Below, one piece after another: positions 45,036 to 53,869 of a stretch of DNA of 64,000 bases (position 1 is the first letter of the stretch; every line of letters begins with the position of its first letter). Under the pieces are notes generated by a model. The model worked only from the letters and a program-made list of their open reading frames with translations. It ran no database searches and had not been told where the DNA came from. Source of the DNA: an uncultured Actinomycetes bacterium (GTDB lineage Bacteria; Actinomycetota; Thermoleophilia; Solirubrobacterales; Solirubrobacteraceae); contig CAWCNU010000003.1 in NCBI GenBank assembly GCA_963797025.1, positions 255,255-319,254 on the forward strand. The letters run 5' to 3'. A program made the translations under genes and the position numbers.

Positions 45036-45911
45036 CTACAAGCGTCCGCCGGCCACGCGCGCCCGCAGCGCCGCCTCGACGCGGCCGAGGACCTCGCCGA
45101 CGAGCGCGATCCGACGGTCGTCGAGGCCGCTGCGCAGGGCCGCGTCGGCGACCTCGGCGACGTCCGCGGCGCGCCCGCGCAGCTCCTCGATGCGCGCCGC
45201 GATCCCCGGCTGCTCGCGCCATGGCTCGAGCTCGGCCAGCGCGGCGTCGAAGGCGGCGCGCAACTGCAGCGCGGCCTCGCGGTGGCGGCCGGCCTCGACG
45301 TCAGCGCGCGCCCGCAGCGCGAGCTCCTCGCAGGCCAGCGCGGCGTCGCGGCCCGCGAGCAGCGCGGCGAGCCGCTCCTGCGGGCGCAGGGCCGCCGACC
45401 GCGCGCGCCCGCCGCGACGTTCGCGCCGCGCGTCCGGCGGCAGCTCGCGGGCGCCGTGCCAGCGCCCGTCCGCGACGCGCTCGCCGTCGCCGTAGCCGAC
45501 GCGCACGACGAGCGCCTGCTCGCGCGAGACCTCGCGGGCGTGCGGGTCGGCCGTCGCGATCCGCTGGGCGTGCAGCACGCGGTTCAGCCGCGCGATCGCG
45601 GCGTCGGCCAGCGCATCGAGGTCGGCCTCGCGCAGGCGCAGCTCGGCGGCCTGGAGGCTGTGGATGACCGTCGTGTCGATGAGCGTCGCCCGCGTCGTCG
45701 TCACCGCCGCGGGCTCGGGCTCGGGCGCCGCCTCGCGCGCGCGGCGGCGCGCCGGGAGCAGGTGGCGTTGCGGCGCGGAGAGCGAGCTCAGGACGAGGAT
45801 GTGGGCGGGCGGCTCGCCGAGGCGCTCACGGATCGTGTAGCGGCCGGCTTCGGGGCCGAGCTCCCACGGAAACTCGAACTGGACGAACAGGAACCGCCGT
45901 GACGTGGTCAC
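45036..45911 (-). CDS. Hypothetical protein (291 aa), downstream of and co-oriented with the peptidoglycan hydrolase
   Basis: GTG start with GGGAG 7 nt upstream. N-terminus MTTSRRFLFVQFEFPWELGPEAGRYTIRE, with a helical Ala/Arg/Glu-rich C-terminal half. I recognised no motif. Confidence 0.55.
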   Translation of the reverse strand: MTTSRRFLFVQFEFPWELGPEAGRYTIRERLGEPPAHILVLSSLSAPQRHLLPARRRAREAAPEPEPAAVTTTRATLIDTTVIHSLQAAELRLREADLDALADAAIARLNRVLHAQRIATADPHAREVSREQALVVRVGYGDGERVADGRWHGARELPPDARRERRGGRARSAALRPQERLAALLAGRDAALACEELALRARADVEAGRHREAALQLRAAFDAALAELEPWREQPGIAARIEELRGRAADVAEVADAALRSGLDDRRIALVGEVLGRVEAALRARVAGGRL

Positions 45912-45947
45912 GGCGGCTCCCGGTGCTGCGTCGATGCTCGTGCGGCG

Positions 45948-48413
45948 CTACTCGCCGGCGTGCGCCCGGCTCGCCCGGCCCTTGGCGACCTTGATCGCGT
46001 ACTTCGAGGCCTTGAGCTGCACCGTCGGGTTGTCGATGTTGCTGAGGCGGTCGATGAGCTTGATCCACTGCGACGGCTTGAGGACCGACTCGGCGAGCTT
46101 GCCGGCCTTCGTCGTGGGATCGAACTGCGGGCGGTAGCCGACGTGGATGTGGTCGGAATGGTCGCCCATCGCCAGCGTGTTGTCCGTGCCCTCGTACGTC
46201 ATGAGGGTGATGATCTGCGCCGGCTTCATCGTGCCCTGCAGCGTCAGCAGGCGCCGCACCGCGACGTCCGTGATCGAGCCCGCACCCTGGTTGCCCAGGA
46301 TCGGGATGCCGTTGATCTTCGCGATGTCGACCGCGTTGCCGGACGAGTGCGCCGAGACGTTCCCGGCGGTCGTGTACAGCCCGTGGCCGCAGCGCAGCGA
46401 CGTGACCGTCGGCTTCAGGCCCGAGGCCGCGAGGAACTCGAGCGCCGCGAGGACGCGGCGGTCGACGACGCCGGCCTCGATGTCGCGCTTGCCGCAGGAG
46501 TACGTCTCGATCCGCGGGTTGGCGAGCACGCGCTGTGCGAGCGCGTCCTTGCTCATGAGCAGGATCTGGCCGATCGTCGCGCCCTGGCCGTTCTCGCCGA
46601 GGAACGCGTTCTTGCCCTGGGCGCGGTAGATCGCGGTGGACTCCAGCAGCTTCCAGCCGTCGAGGATCGGCTTCGGGTCGATCCGCGGCGCGCCGCGGCC
46701 GGCCGGCCGGACCTCGAACAGCATGTGCGGCGCCAGGAGGGTCGAGGTCGTGCCGATGCGGCCGAGGATCGTGCCGGCGATGACCTTGCGGCCGGGCACG
46801 AGCGGCTTGAGCACGACGTCGTCCTTGTTGAGGCCGAAGACGCCGCTGAAGTAGGACTTCACGCCCTTGCCGTCGGAGATCGCCGACTCGGACTCCAGCA
46901 GCTGCTGACGGCCGCCGCTGTCGAGCGCCTGCGGGCGCGTCGGGTTGGCGAAGAGGCGCTCCTTGGCGACCTTGACCGTCTCCTGGACGGCGGCGGCGGG
47001 TGCGTCGACGGCCTTCTCGACGGCGCCCTTGACGCCCTTGTTGGAGCCGGCGCTGGCGGCGACACGCGGAGCGGCGTCTGCCTTCGGCAGCGCGAGCTCC
47101 TTCGCGATCGACGCCTTGCTCTGCGTCTTCTCCTTCGGCACGGGCACCTTCGTGGCGACCTTCTTCAGCCCCGCGTAGGTGTACGTGTTGCCGTACACGT
47201 CGCGCAGCTGGACGAAGTTGCCGAGGCGCTTGGAGTTGCCGACCTTGACGATCTTGCCGTCCTGGACGGCGACGACCGGCGAGCCCGCCTTCGCGTAGAT
47301 GTTGATGCCGCGGCGAGACGCGTTGGCCTCGACCGGCAGCGCGGCGTTCTGGCCGCGGGCGACACGGCGGGCGACGTCGCGCTCACCGAGGTCGTCGGCG
47401 TACTTCGACGACGCGTGCACCGGGAAGAGGCCCTGGGTCAGGCCGCTGAGCGAGCCGACGAGGTCCGACGGCATGCCACCGATGAAGCGGGCGCGCATGA
47501 GGACGGACTCGACGTACCAGTCGGCGTGGTTGTAGGCGAAGATCGCCTTGCGCAGATCCTGGTCGGCGCCTGCCGCCTTGAGGTAGCGCGCGGCCGCGAA
47601 GATCGCGTCGACGGGGTTGTACGGGTCCTTCTTGCTGTCGCCGTTGGCGTCGACGCCGAACTGCTTCCAGCTCGACGGGATGAACTGCATCCAGCCCATC
47701 GCGCCGGCGGAGCTGACGTTGAGGTTGCGGCCGTAGTCCGTCTCGATCTCGTTGATCGCGGCGAGGACCTCCCAGCGGACGCCGTACTGGATGCCGGCCG
47801 CCTGGTAGATCGGGAGGAGGAACGGCGGGATCGCGAACTTGTTGATGAAGAAGTTCGGGACGCCGATCGGCACGGGCCCTGGCAGGGCCAGCGAGAACGT
47901 CGGGTTCGTCAGCGTCGGGATGCCGTTGGAATGGCGCAGGCGGGTCGGCCGGGGACGGTCGCGCTCGGGCTTGGGCGCGGCGCCTGGGACGAGCCGTCCG
48001 AGGGTGTCGACCACGTTCGGGACCTGCTTGGAGCCCTTCTTCTTGCTCGGGACGGCCTGCGGCGTGATCTGCTCACCGGCCTGGGGGGCCGTGACCGGCG
48101 CAGCGGGGGTCTGCGTCGGCGTCGTGGGCTTGATCGTGATCGACAGGCCGTTGCTCGACGGCGCCTGAGCCGGCGTCGTCTCCTTGATGCTCAGGACCGG
48201 CAGTCCGAGGTTCGGAAGCTTGATCTGGTCGAGCGGGGTGTCGAGCCCCACGTCCACCGTGACGGTCTTCTTGATCTTGCCGATGAGCGTGATCTCGAAG
48301 GTCCGGATGTTTGCGCTCGCTGGGAGCGCTGCGATTCCGAAGCCGACGGCCATGCCGCCGGACACGGCCATAGCCGTGAGCAACCTACGCTTGTGGTGCA
48401 TGTGTCCCTGCAT
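45948..48413 (-). CDS. Secreted three-module peptidoglycan hydrolase: lytic transglycosylase + degenerate LytM/M23-like + M15/VanY-like (LAS) peptidase
   Basis: Signal peptide. SLT-like module ...NEIETDYG...AGAMGWMQFIPSSWKQFGVDANGDSKKDPYNPVDAIFAAARYL. LytM-like module ...GSPVVAVQDGKIVKVG...LAPHMLFEVRP. LAS motifs SAHSSGNAVDI and GDHSDHIHVG. Confidence 0.8.
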   Translation of the reverse strand: MQGHMHHKRRLLTAMAVSGGMAVGFGIAALPASANIRTFEITLIGKIKKTVTVDVGLDTPLDQIKLPNLGLPVLSIKETTPAQAPSSNGLSITIKPTTPTQTPAAPVTAPQAGEQITPQAVPSKKKGSKQVPNVVDTLGRLVPGAAPKPERDRPRPTRLRHSNGIPTLTNPTFSLALPGPVPIGVPNFFINKFAIPPFLLPIYQAAGIQYGVRWEVLAAINEIETDYGRNLNVSSAGAMGWMQFIPSSWKQFGVDANGDSKKDPYNPVDAIFAAARYLKAAGADQDLRKAIFAYNHADWYVESVLMRARFIGGMPSDLVGSLSGLTQGLFPVHASSKYADDLGERDVARRVARGQNAALPVEANASRRGINIYAKAGSPVVAVQDGKIVKVGNSKRLGNFVQLRDVYGNTYTYAGLKKVATKVPVPKEKTQSKASIAKELALPKADAAPRVAASAGSNKGVKGAVEKAVDAPAAAVQETVKVAKERLFANPTRPQALDSGGRQQLLESESAISDGKGVKSYFSGVFGLNKDDVVLKPLVPGRKVIAGTILGRIGTTSTLLAPHMLFEVRPAGRGAPRIDPKPILDGWKLLESTAIYRAQGKNAFLGENGQGATIGQILLMSKDALAQRVLANPRIETYSCGKRDIEAGVVDRRVLAALEFLAASGLKPTVTSLRCGHGLYTTAGNVSAHSSGNAVDIAKINGIPILGNQGAGSITDVAVRRLLTLQGTMKPAQIITLMTYEGTDNTLAMGDHSDHIHVGYRPQFDPTTKAGKLAESVLKPSQWIKLIDRLSNIDNPTVQLKASKYAIKVAKGRASRAHAGE

Positions 48414-48674
48414 CTCCCCCCTGGAGGTTCCAAGTACGCGAGCCCGATGCGCGTGCGGGGCAGCCTATCGGGAAATGCGTCCGAGCGCTAAACGTGATCT
48501 AAACGGCGTCCCGCGCAGGCCATTTGACCTGCTCCGGCGGACGGAACGCGGCGGCGCGTCGGTGCAGGCAACCCGGATGCGCGCGCGCGTGCACGCGAGG
48601 CCGCACCCCCGGGCGCGAGGCACCGTCTGCGCTAGCCTCTCCACGCCCCTACCTGCCGAGAGGAACTCAGGCCG

Positions 48675-49124
48675 ATGAGCGACGACGACACGGACACCGA
48701 CGGCCTGCGCGAGCGGCTCACCAAGCAGGGCGAGGACACGATCGGCAAGGTCGCCGAGGACCTCCTCGCCAACCCGCTCATCAGCGGTGCAATCGCACGT
48801 GCATTCGAGGCCAAGGAGAAGGCGACCTCGGTGCAGGAGGCGACCCTCGCCGCGCTGAACCTCCCGTCCGCCGCCGACATCGAGCGCCTCACCCGGCGCG
48901 TGCGCTCGGTCTCCCAGCGCCTCGAGGGCATCGAGGACGGCATCGACCGCGTCGAGGACCGCATCGGCGGCCTCTCCGCGAGCAGCGCCATCGAGCCGCG
49001 CCTCGAGGCGATCGAGGGCCAGCTCGCCGAGCTCACCCGCGAGCTCACCGCGCTTCGCGCCGAGCTGCCGGGGGCGACGGTCCCGGTGCCCTCGCGCCAG
49101 GAGCGGTTGAAGGTCTCGGGCTAA
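48675..49124 (+). CDS. Phasin-like / PHA-granule-associated-type coiled-coil protein
   Basis: ...ALNLPSAADIERLTRRVRSVSQRLEGIEDGI... resembles the phasin (COG3937-type) signature. Confidence 0.55.
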   Translation: MSDDDTDTDGLRERLTKQGEDTIGKVAEDLLANPLISGAIARAFEAKEKATSVQEATLAALNLPSAADIERLTRRVRSVSQRLEGIEDGIDRVEDRIGGLSASSAIEPRLEAIEGQLAELTRELTALRAELPGATVPVPSRQERLKVSG

Positions 49125-49813
49125 CCCAGCGCCGCCGCGCCGACCTCGCCGAGGCGCTGCGCAGCGGCGATCAGCGCCTCGGGCTCGATGCGGTGCCGGC
49201 CGCCGCCGGCATCGAAGACGTCGGACACCGCCAGCAGGCAGCCCACGCGCACCCCGCGCAGCTCGCCGACGCGCAGCAGCGTCGCGGCCTCCATCTCCAC
49301 CGCGATCGCGCCCGCCGCGATCCACCCGGCGCCGCGGTCGGCGTCGCGGTCGTAGAAGAGGTCGCTGGAAGCCACGGCGCCACACCGCACCGCGCCTCCC
49401 GCGGCGACGCGCAGCGCCTGCACGAGCTCGCGGTCGGCGCGCACGAGCGAGCCGGCCCCGAGCGCGCGGCTTGCGCCATCGCAGGCCAGCGCCGCATCGG
49501 CGACGACGAGGTCGCCGAGCGACAGCCCGCCGTCGAGCGCGCCGCACGTCCCGACGCGGATCGCCACCTCGAGGCCGAGGTCGCAGAGCTCCTCCATGAC
49601 GATCGCCGCGCTCGGCCCGCCCATGCCCGTGCTCTGGATCGTCATCGGCTCGCCGTCGGCGGCGATCCCCGTGTAGCCCCACAGCCCCCGGTTGTGGTTG
49701 AACATCTTCGGCTCGGCGAGCACGAGCTGCGCGAGCGCCAGCGCCCTCCCGGGGTCTCCGGGCAGCAGCGCGCGCGGGGCGAGCGCGGCGGTGGGGTGGA
49801 TGTGGACTGGCAT
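49121..49813 (-). CDS. Nucleoside phosphorylase (PNP/UDP family 1)
   Basis: ...LLPGDPGRALALAQ...IQSTGMGGPSAAIVMEEL...GTCGAL...AVEMEAATLL... Confidence 0.8.
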   Translation of the reverse strand: MPVHIHPTAALAPRALLPGDPGRALALAQLVLAEPKMFNHNRGLWGYTGIAADGEPMTIQSTGMGGPSAAIVMEELCDLGLEVAIRVGTCGALDGGLSLGDLVVADAALACDGASRALGAGSLVRADRELVQALRVAAGGAVRCGAVASSDLFYDRDADRGAGWIAAGAIAVEMEAATLLRVGELRGVRVGCLLAVSDVFDAGGGRHRIEPEALIAAAQRLGEVGAAALG

Positions 49814-49837
49814 CGGGGCGGTCCATATGATCGACGG

Positions 49838-50170
49838 ATGGCCAAGAAGGAGAAGCCTTCCCGCGCCGAGCAGGTGCGCGACGCCGCCGAGCAGGCGTTC
49901 AAGGCGCAGATCCCGCGCGAGCGCATCTCCGAGCTGCTCGACGAGCTCGGCAGCACCGCCGGGCGCCTGCGCGGCGCCGTCGACGAGCTGCGGCCGGCGT
50001 CAGAGGCCGAGCTGAAGTCGCTGCGCGCCGAGGTCCACGCGCTCGTGAAGCGCGTCGAGGCGCTCGAGGCCAAGCCGAAGCCGGCGCCGCGACGGCGCCC
50101 GGCCGCCAAGTCCGCCGCCCCCCGGGCGCGCAAGCCGCCGGCGACCGAGCCACCGGCCGCCGGATCCTGA
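49838..50170 (+). CDS. Small coiled-coil protein with a basic Pro-rich tail
   Basis: The ATG at 49838 in ORF 48524..50170 gives MAKKEKPSRAEQVRDAAEQAFK...LKSLRAEVHALVKRVEALEAKPKP... Confidence 0.5.
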   Translation: MAKKEKPSRAEQVRDAAEQAFKAQIPRERISELLDELGSTAGRLRGAVDELRPASEAELKSLRAEVHALVKRVEALEAKPKPAPRRRPAAKSAAPRARKPPATEPPAAGS

Positions 50171-50198
50171 TCCGCCACCGAAGGAGGACATCCGCCAC

Positions 50199-50624
50199 AT
50201 GGGAGCCGAGTTCAGCGGCCCGAAGGAGTTCCGAACCGTCATGGACCGCATCTTCACGCTCATGAGCGAGGACCCGGACATGGGCCCGAAGCTGCGCGAC
50301 GCCGACGTGCCGCAGCGCTTCGAGTTCGAGGACGTCGACATGGTCGTCAACATCCGCGCGGCCGAGCCGGGCGAGGACGGCAACCTCCACTGGGAGTGGA
50401 GCGACGACGTCGACTGGAAGCCGAAGGTCAAGATGGCGATGTCCTCGCAGACGGCGAACAAGTACTTCCAGGGCAAGGAGAACGTCGCGGTCGCGATCGC
50501 GCGCCGGCGGATCAAGACGAGCGGCGACGTCAAGGCGGCGCTCGCGCTCATCCCGATCACGAAACCGGTGTACGCCCAGTTCCGCGCGGTCGTCGAGGAC
50601 GAGTACCCGCACCTGAAGGTCTGA
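50199..50624 (+). CDS. SCP2 sterol-carrier-like domain protein
   Basis: 141 aa. ...MSSQTANKYFQGKENVAVAIARRRIKTSGDVKAALALIP... fits an SCP2 C-terminal pattern. Confidence 0.6.
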   Translation: MGAEFSGPKEFRTVMDRIFTLMSEDPDMGPKLRDADVPQRFEFEDVDMVVNIRAAEPGEDGNLHWEWSDDVDWKPKVKMAMSSQTANKYFQGKENVAVAIARRRIKTSGDVKAALALIPITKPVYAQFRAVVEDEYPHLKV

Positions 50625-50639
50625 GGACGTTAAGGCGCG

Positions 50640-50668
50640 TTGACAGCGCGGGCCGCGAGGCGTATGCA
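50640..50668 (+). promoter_or_regulatory. Near-consensus promoter TTGACA-17 nt-TATGCA
   Basis: Read directly. It ends 23 nt upstream of the ATG at 50692. Confidence 0.45.
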
Positions 50669-50691
50669 TCACACACCAGGTCGAACAGTGG

Positions 50692-52008
50692 ATGGCTCGC
50701 CATCCGCAAGGCGCCGCCGGTACGAAGACGAGCGCCGCCGACCGAGGCAGCGGGCCGTATCGCCCGCAGACGGCGGGGCCCCGGTCCCGCCGTCGTCGTG
50801 TGCGTGACCGGGTGACCGCGGCCGACCGCCCGCCCAGCACGGCACAGGTCGCACGCGACATCGGCACGACGCCGGCGACGCTGCGCCGCTGGATCGGCCG
50901 CGGCCTCATCGCGCAGTTCGACGGGACCTGGACGAGGCCCGCGATCGCACACGCCCGCCTCGTCGCGCGGATGCGCGAGCGCGGGCACTCGCTCGAGGAG
51001 ATCCGTGCCGCCTCGGAGAGCGGGCGCCTCGCCTTCGGCTACCTCCAGGAGCTCTTTCCGTCGCCGGAGGCGACGCACACGCTCCAGGAGGCGGTCACCG
51101 ACACGGGCCTCGAGCCCGAGCTCATCGAGACGATCTTCACGACGATGGGCCTGCCGGCCTCGGCCGTGGACCGGATCTCCGACGCCGACATGGAGCTCCT
51201 GCGCTACTCGGCGGCCGTGCTCGTCGCCGGCCTGCCGCTCGTCGCCTTTCTCCAGCTCGTCCGCGTCTACGGCCAGGCGCTGGCGCAGATCGCCGACGCC
51301 GAGGTGCGCCTCTTTCACATGTACGTCCACGAGCCGCTCATGCGCGCGGGCGTCCCCGGCGTCGAGATGGCCGAGGAGATGCAGGGCCTCGTGGCCGAGC
51401 TGCTGCCGCTCGCCTCGCCGATGATGGACCAGGTCCACCAGCGCCTGCTCGCCCATTTCGTCGACCAGGACGTCGTCGGCCACATGGAGACCGAGCTCGA
51501 TCCCGACGCGCGGCTGGACCTCGGCCACCTGCGCGTCGCGATCGCCTTCGCCGACCTCGCCGGCTACACGCGGATGACCGAGGAGCTCGGCGACGAGCAC
51601 GCGGTCGGCGTCGTCGAGCGCTTCGTCGCGGAGGTCGAGCACACGCTGCCCGACGAGGCGCGGATCATCAAGACGATCGGCGACGAGGTCATGGTCGTCG
51701 GCTCCGACCCCGGGGCGCTCGTCGACTGGGCCGTCGGCTTCCAGGAGCTGCACGCGACGCGCCCCCTGCCGCGGATCGGCATGCACTACGGCGAGGTGCT
51801 CTACCGCGACGGCGACTACTACGGCCGTGAGGTCAACCAGGCGGCGCGCGTCAGCGCCCGCGCGGGCGGCGGCGAGGTCCTCGTGACCCAGCCGGTCGTC
51901 GAGGCCGCCGGGCCGCACCTGGACTTCGAGCTCATCGGCGAGGTCCGGCTGAAGGGCTTCAGCGAGCCGACCGAGATCTTCGTCGCGCGCCTCTCCGACC
52001 GAGGCTGA
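50692..52008 (+). CDS. MerR-like HTH domain fused to a class III adenylate/guanylate cyclase
   Basis: N-terminal ...STAQVARDIGTTPATLRRWIGRGLI...ARMRERGHSLEEI... C-terminal ...VAIAFADLAGYTRMTEELGD...IKTIGDEVMVVG...GREVNQAARV... GTG 50800 and GTG 50812 are alternative starts. Confidence 0.8.
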   Translation: MARHPQGAAGTKTSAADRGSGPYRPQTAGPRSRRRRVRDRVTAADRPPSTAQVARDIGTTPATLRRWIGRGLIAQFDGTWTRPAIAHARLVARMRERGHSLEEIRAASESGRLAFGYLQELFPSPEATHTLQEAVTDTGLEPELIETIFTTMGLPASAVDRISDADMELLRYSAAVLVAGLPLVAFLQLVRVYGQALAQIADAEVRLFHMYVHEPLMRAGVPGVEMAEEMQGLVAELLPLASPMMDQVHQRLLAHFVDQDVVGHMETELDPDARLDLGHLRVAIAFADLAGYTRMTEELGDEHAVGVVERFVAEVEHTLPDEARIIKTIGDEVMVVGSDPGALVDWAVGFQELHATRPLPRIGMHYGEVLYRDGDYYGREVNQAARVSARAGGGEVLVTQPVVEAAGPHLDFELIGEVRLKGFSEPTEIFVARLSDRG

Positions 52009-52070
52009 CGGCGCGCGAGCGCGCCAGGTCGGCGTTTTCGCCGCTCCGCGGCGCGGGTACCCGCCGGAGC

Positions 52071-52409
52071 ATGAGCGCATCCGAGCAGGACCCCACGAAG
52101 GTCGGCACCTCCACGAGCACCGGCAACGGCGCCGTCGAAGAGCACGAGCCGTCCGAGCGCGAGGCGCTGCTCGAGGAGATCGAGGAGACGCGCGAGGAGC
52201 TCGGCGCGACGGTCGAGGCGCTGGCGCACAAGGCCGACGTCAAGGCGCAGGTCCACGAGAAGGTCGAGGAGGGCAAGGAGCAGCTGCACGTCAAGCAGCG
52301 CGAGCTCCAGCACACGCTGCGCGAGGCGCTGCAGGGCCCCGCCGTGCCGGCCGCCGTCGCGGTCGTCGTCGGGCTCATGCTCCTGCGCTCCTGGCGCCGC
52401 GGACGGTAG
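52071..52409 (+). CDS. DUF3618 domain protein
   Basis: ...REALLEEIEETREELGATVEALAHKADVKAQV... plus a C-terminal TM helix. Confidence 0.7.
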   Translation: MSASEQDPTKVGTSTSTGNGAVEEHEPSEREALLEEIEETREELGATVEALAHKADVKAQVHEKVEEGKEQLHVKQRELQHTLREALQGPAVPAAVAVVVGLMLLRSWRRGR

Positions 52410-52423
52410 TTGCGGCGGACGCG

Positions 52424-53210
52424 ATGGCCGAGCCCGGGCGCGGCGACCACCGGAGGGGCCCACCGAGCTGCGGCGCGTGTCGTGGTGGCAGACCGTCAAG
52501 CGGACGGTCCGCGAGTTCCGCGAGGACGCCCTGACCGACTGGGCGGCGGCGCTGACGTACTACGGCGTGCTCGCGATCTTCCCCGCGCTTGCTCGCGCTC
52601 GTGTCCGTGCTCGGGCTCATCGGCCCGTCGGCGACGCAGCCGCTGCTCGACAACCTCGCGACCGTCGCGCCGGGTCAGGCCCAGCAGATCCTCACCGACG
52701 CCGTGGAGAACCTCCAGAGCGCGGAGGGGACGTCCGGGGTGCTGTTCGTCGTCGGCCTGGCCGGCGCGCTGTGGTCGGCGTCGGCCTACGTCGCGGCGTT
52801 CATGCGCGCCACGAAACTTTCATCTACGAGGTCCAGGAGGGCCGGCCGATCTGGAAGACGCTGCCGATCCGGATCGTCACGACGCTCGTCCTGCTCGTCA
52901 TGCTCGCCTCGGTCGCGGTCGCCGTGGCGTTCACGGGGCCGCTCGCCGAGCACGCCGGCGACGTCCTGGGCGCCGGCGACGCGGCGGTGACGGTCTGGAA
53001 CATCGCGAAGTGGCCGGCGATCGTGCTCGTCGTCCTGACGATGATCGCGATCCTCTCCTGGGCCGCGCCGAACGTCAGCACCCCGGCTTCTCCTCGATCA
53101 CGCCGGGCAGCGTCCTCGGGATGCTCGTGCAGGGACGCCCGGCCGACGAGCCGTTCCTCGAGCCGCGCGACACGCGAAGATTCCGCGGCCGCCGGCACCA
53201 GCGCGCCTGA
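52424..53210 (+). pseudogene. YihY/BrkB (virulence factor BrkB / 'RNase BN'-like) membrane protein gene, multiply frameshifted and 3'-truncated
   Basis: Family-typical segments are spread over three frames. Frame 1 has SWWQTVKRTVREFREDALTDWAAALTYYGVLAIFPAL. Frame 2 has LALVSVLGLIG...LAGALWSASAYVAAFMRA. Frame 1 again has IYEVQEGRPIWKTLPIRIV...ILSWAAPNV. Frame 0 has HPGFSSITPGSVLGML, followed by unrelated sequence and a stop. Confidence 0.8.
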
Positions 53211-53212
53211 CG

Positions 53213-53869
53213 TCAGTCGAGCATCTTGCGCTGCACGGCCCAGCGCGACAGCTCGTGGCGGCTGGAGAGCTGGAGCTTGCGCAGCACCGCCGACACGTGC
53301 GCCTCGACGGTCTTCGCGGAGATCCCGAGGCGCTGCGCGATCTCCTTGTACATGTAGCCGCGGGCGATGTGCTGGAGGACCTCGCGCTCGCGCGGCGTGA
53401 GCTGGTCGAGGTCGGACTCCGACGCCTCGGCGGCGGGCGCCGGGGCCGAGCCGGCGAAGGCGTCGAGGACGAACCCGGCCAGGCGCGGGGAGAAGACCGC
53501 GTCGCCGTCGTGCACGCGCCGGACGGCGTCGGCGAGGTCGGCGCCGGAGATCGTCTTCGTGACGTAGCCGCGCGCGCCCGCGCGGATGACGGCGATGACG
53601 TCCTCGGCGGCGTCGGAGACCGACAGCGCGAGAAAGCGCGCCGCCGGAGGGTCGGCGGCGAGGCGGCGGATGACCTCGAGGCCCCCGCCGTCGGGCATGT
53701 GGACGTCGAGCAGCACGACGTCGGGCTCGAGGGCGCGGATGAGCGCAACCGCGTCGGCGACCGTGGCGGCGTCCCCGACGACGTCGACGAGGCCGTCGAG
53801 CTCGGAGCGCACGCCCGCGCGGAAGAGCTCGTGGTCGTCGACGAGCACGACGCGCGGGCCCGCGGTCAT
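53213..53869 (-). CDS. NarL/LuxR-family response regulator
   Basis: The ATG at 53869 gives ...VVLVDDHELFRAG...VVLLDVHMPDGGG... plus a C-terminal HTH ...LTPREREVLQHIARGYMYKEIAQRLGISAKTVEAHVSAVLRKL. Confidence 0.9.
   Translation of the reverse strand: MTAGPRVVLVDDHELFRAGVRSELDGLVDVVGDAATVADAVALIRALEPDVVLLDVHMPDGGGLEVIRRLAADPPAARFLALSVSDAAEDVIAVIRAGARGYVTKTISGADLADAVRRVHDGDAVFSPRLAGFVLDAFAGSAPAPAAEASESDLDQLTPREREVLQHIARGYMYKEIAQRLGISAKTVEAHVSAVLRKLQLSSRHELSRWAVQRKMLD

Noticed and set aside
48414-48674. A cyclic-di-AMP (ydaO-type) riboswitch in the 261-nt region upstream of the peptidoglycan hydrolase.
   Set aside because: Such riboswitches do precede cell-wall hydrolase genes in Actinobacteria, and a few short stretches look vaguely similar (e.g. 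CCCGAUAGGCUGCCCCGCACGCG). However, I could not align the two pseudo-symmetric halves from memory. That stretch forms a simple CCCGAU...AUCGGG hairpin, and a -10-like element inside it suggests a short leader. cmsearch with the Rfam ydaO model is needed to settle it.
52477-53400. ORF 52477..53400 (307 aa) as an intact gene.
   Set aside because: Only its first 38 aa or so and a middle segment match the YihY family. The rest is an Arg/Ala-rich wrong-frame string that runs antisense into the response-regulator gene.
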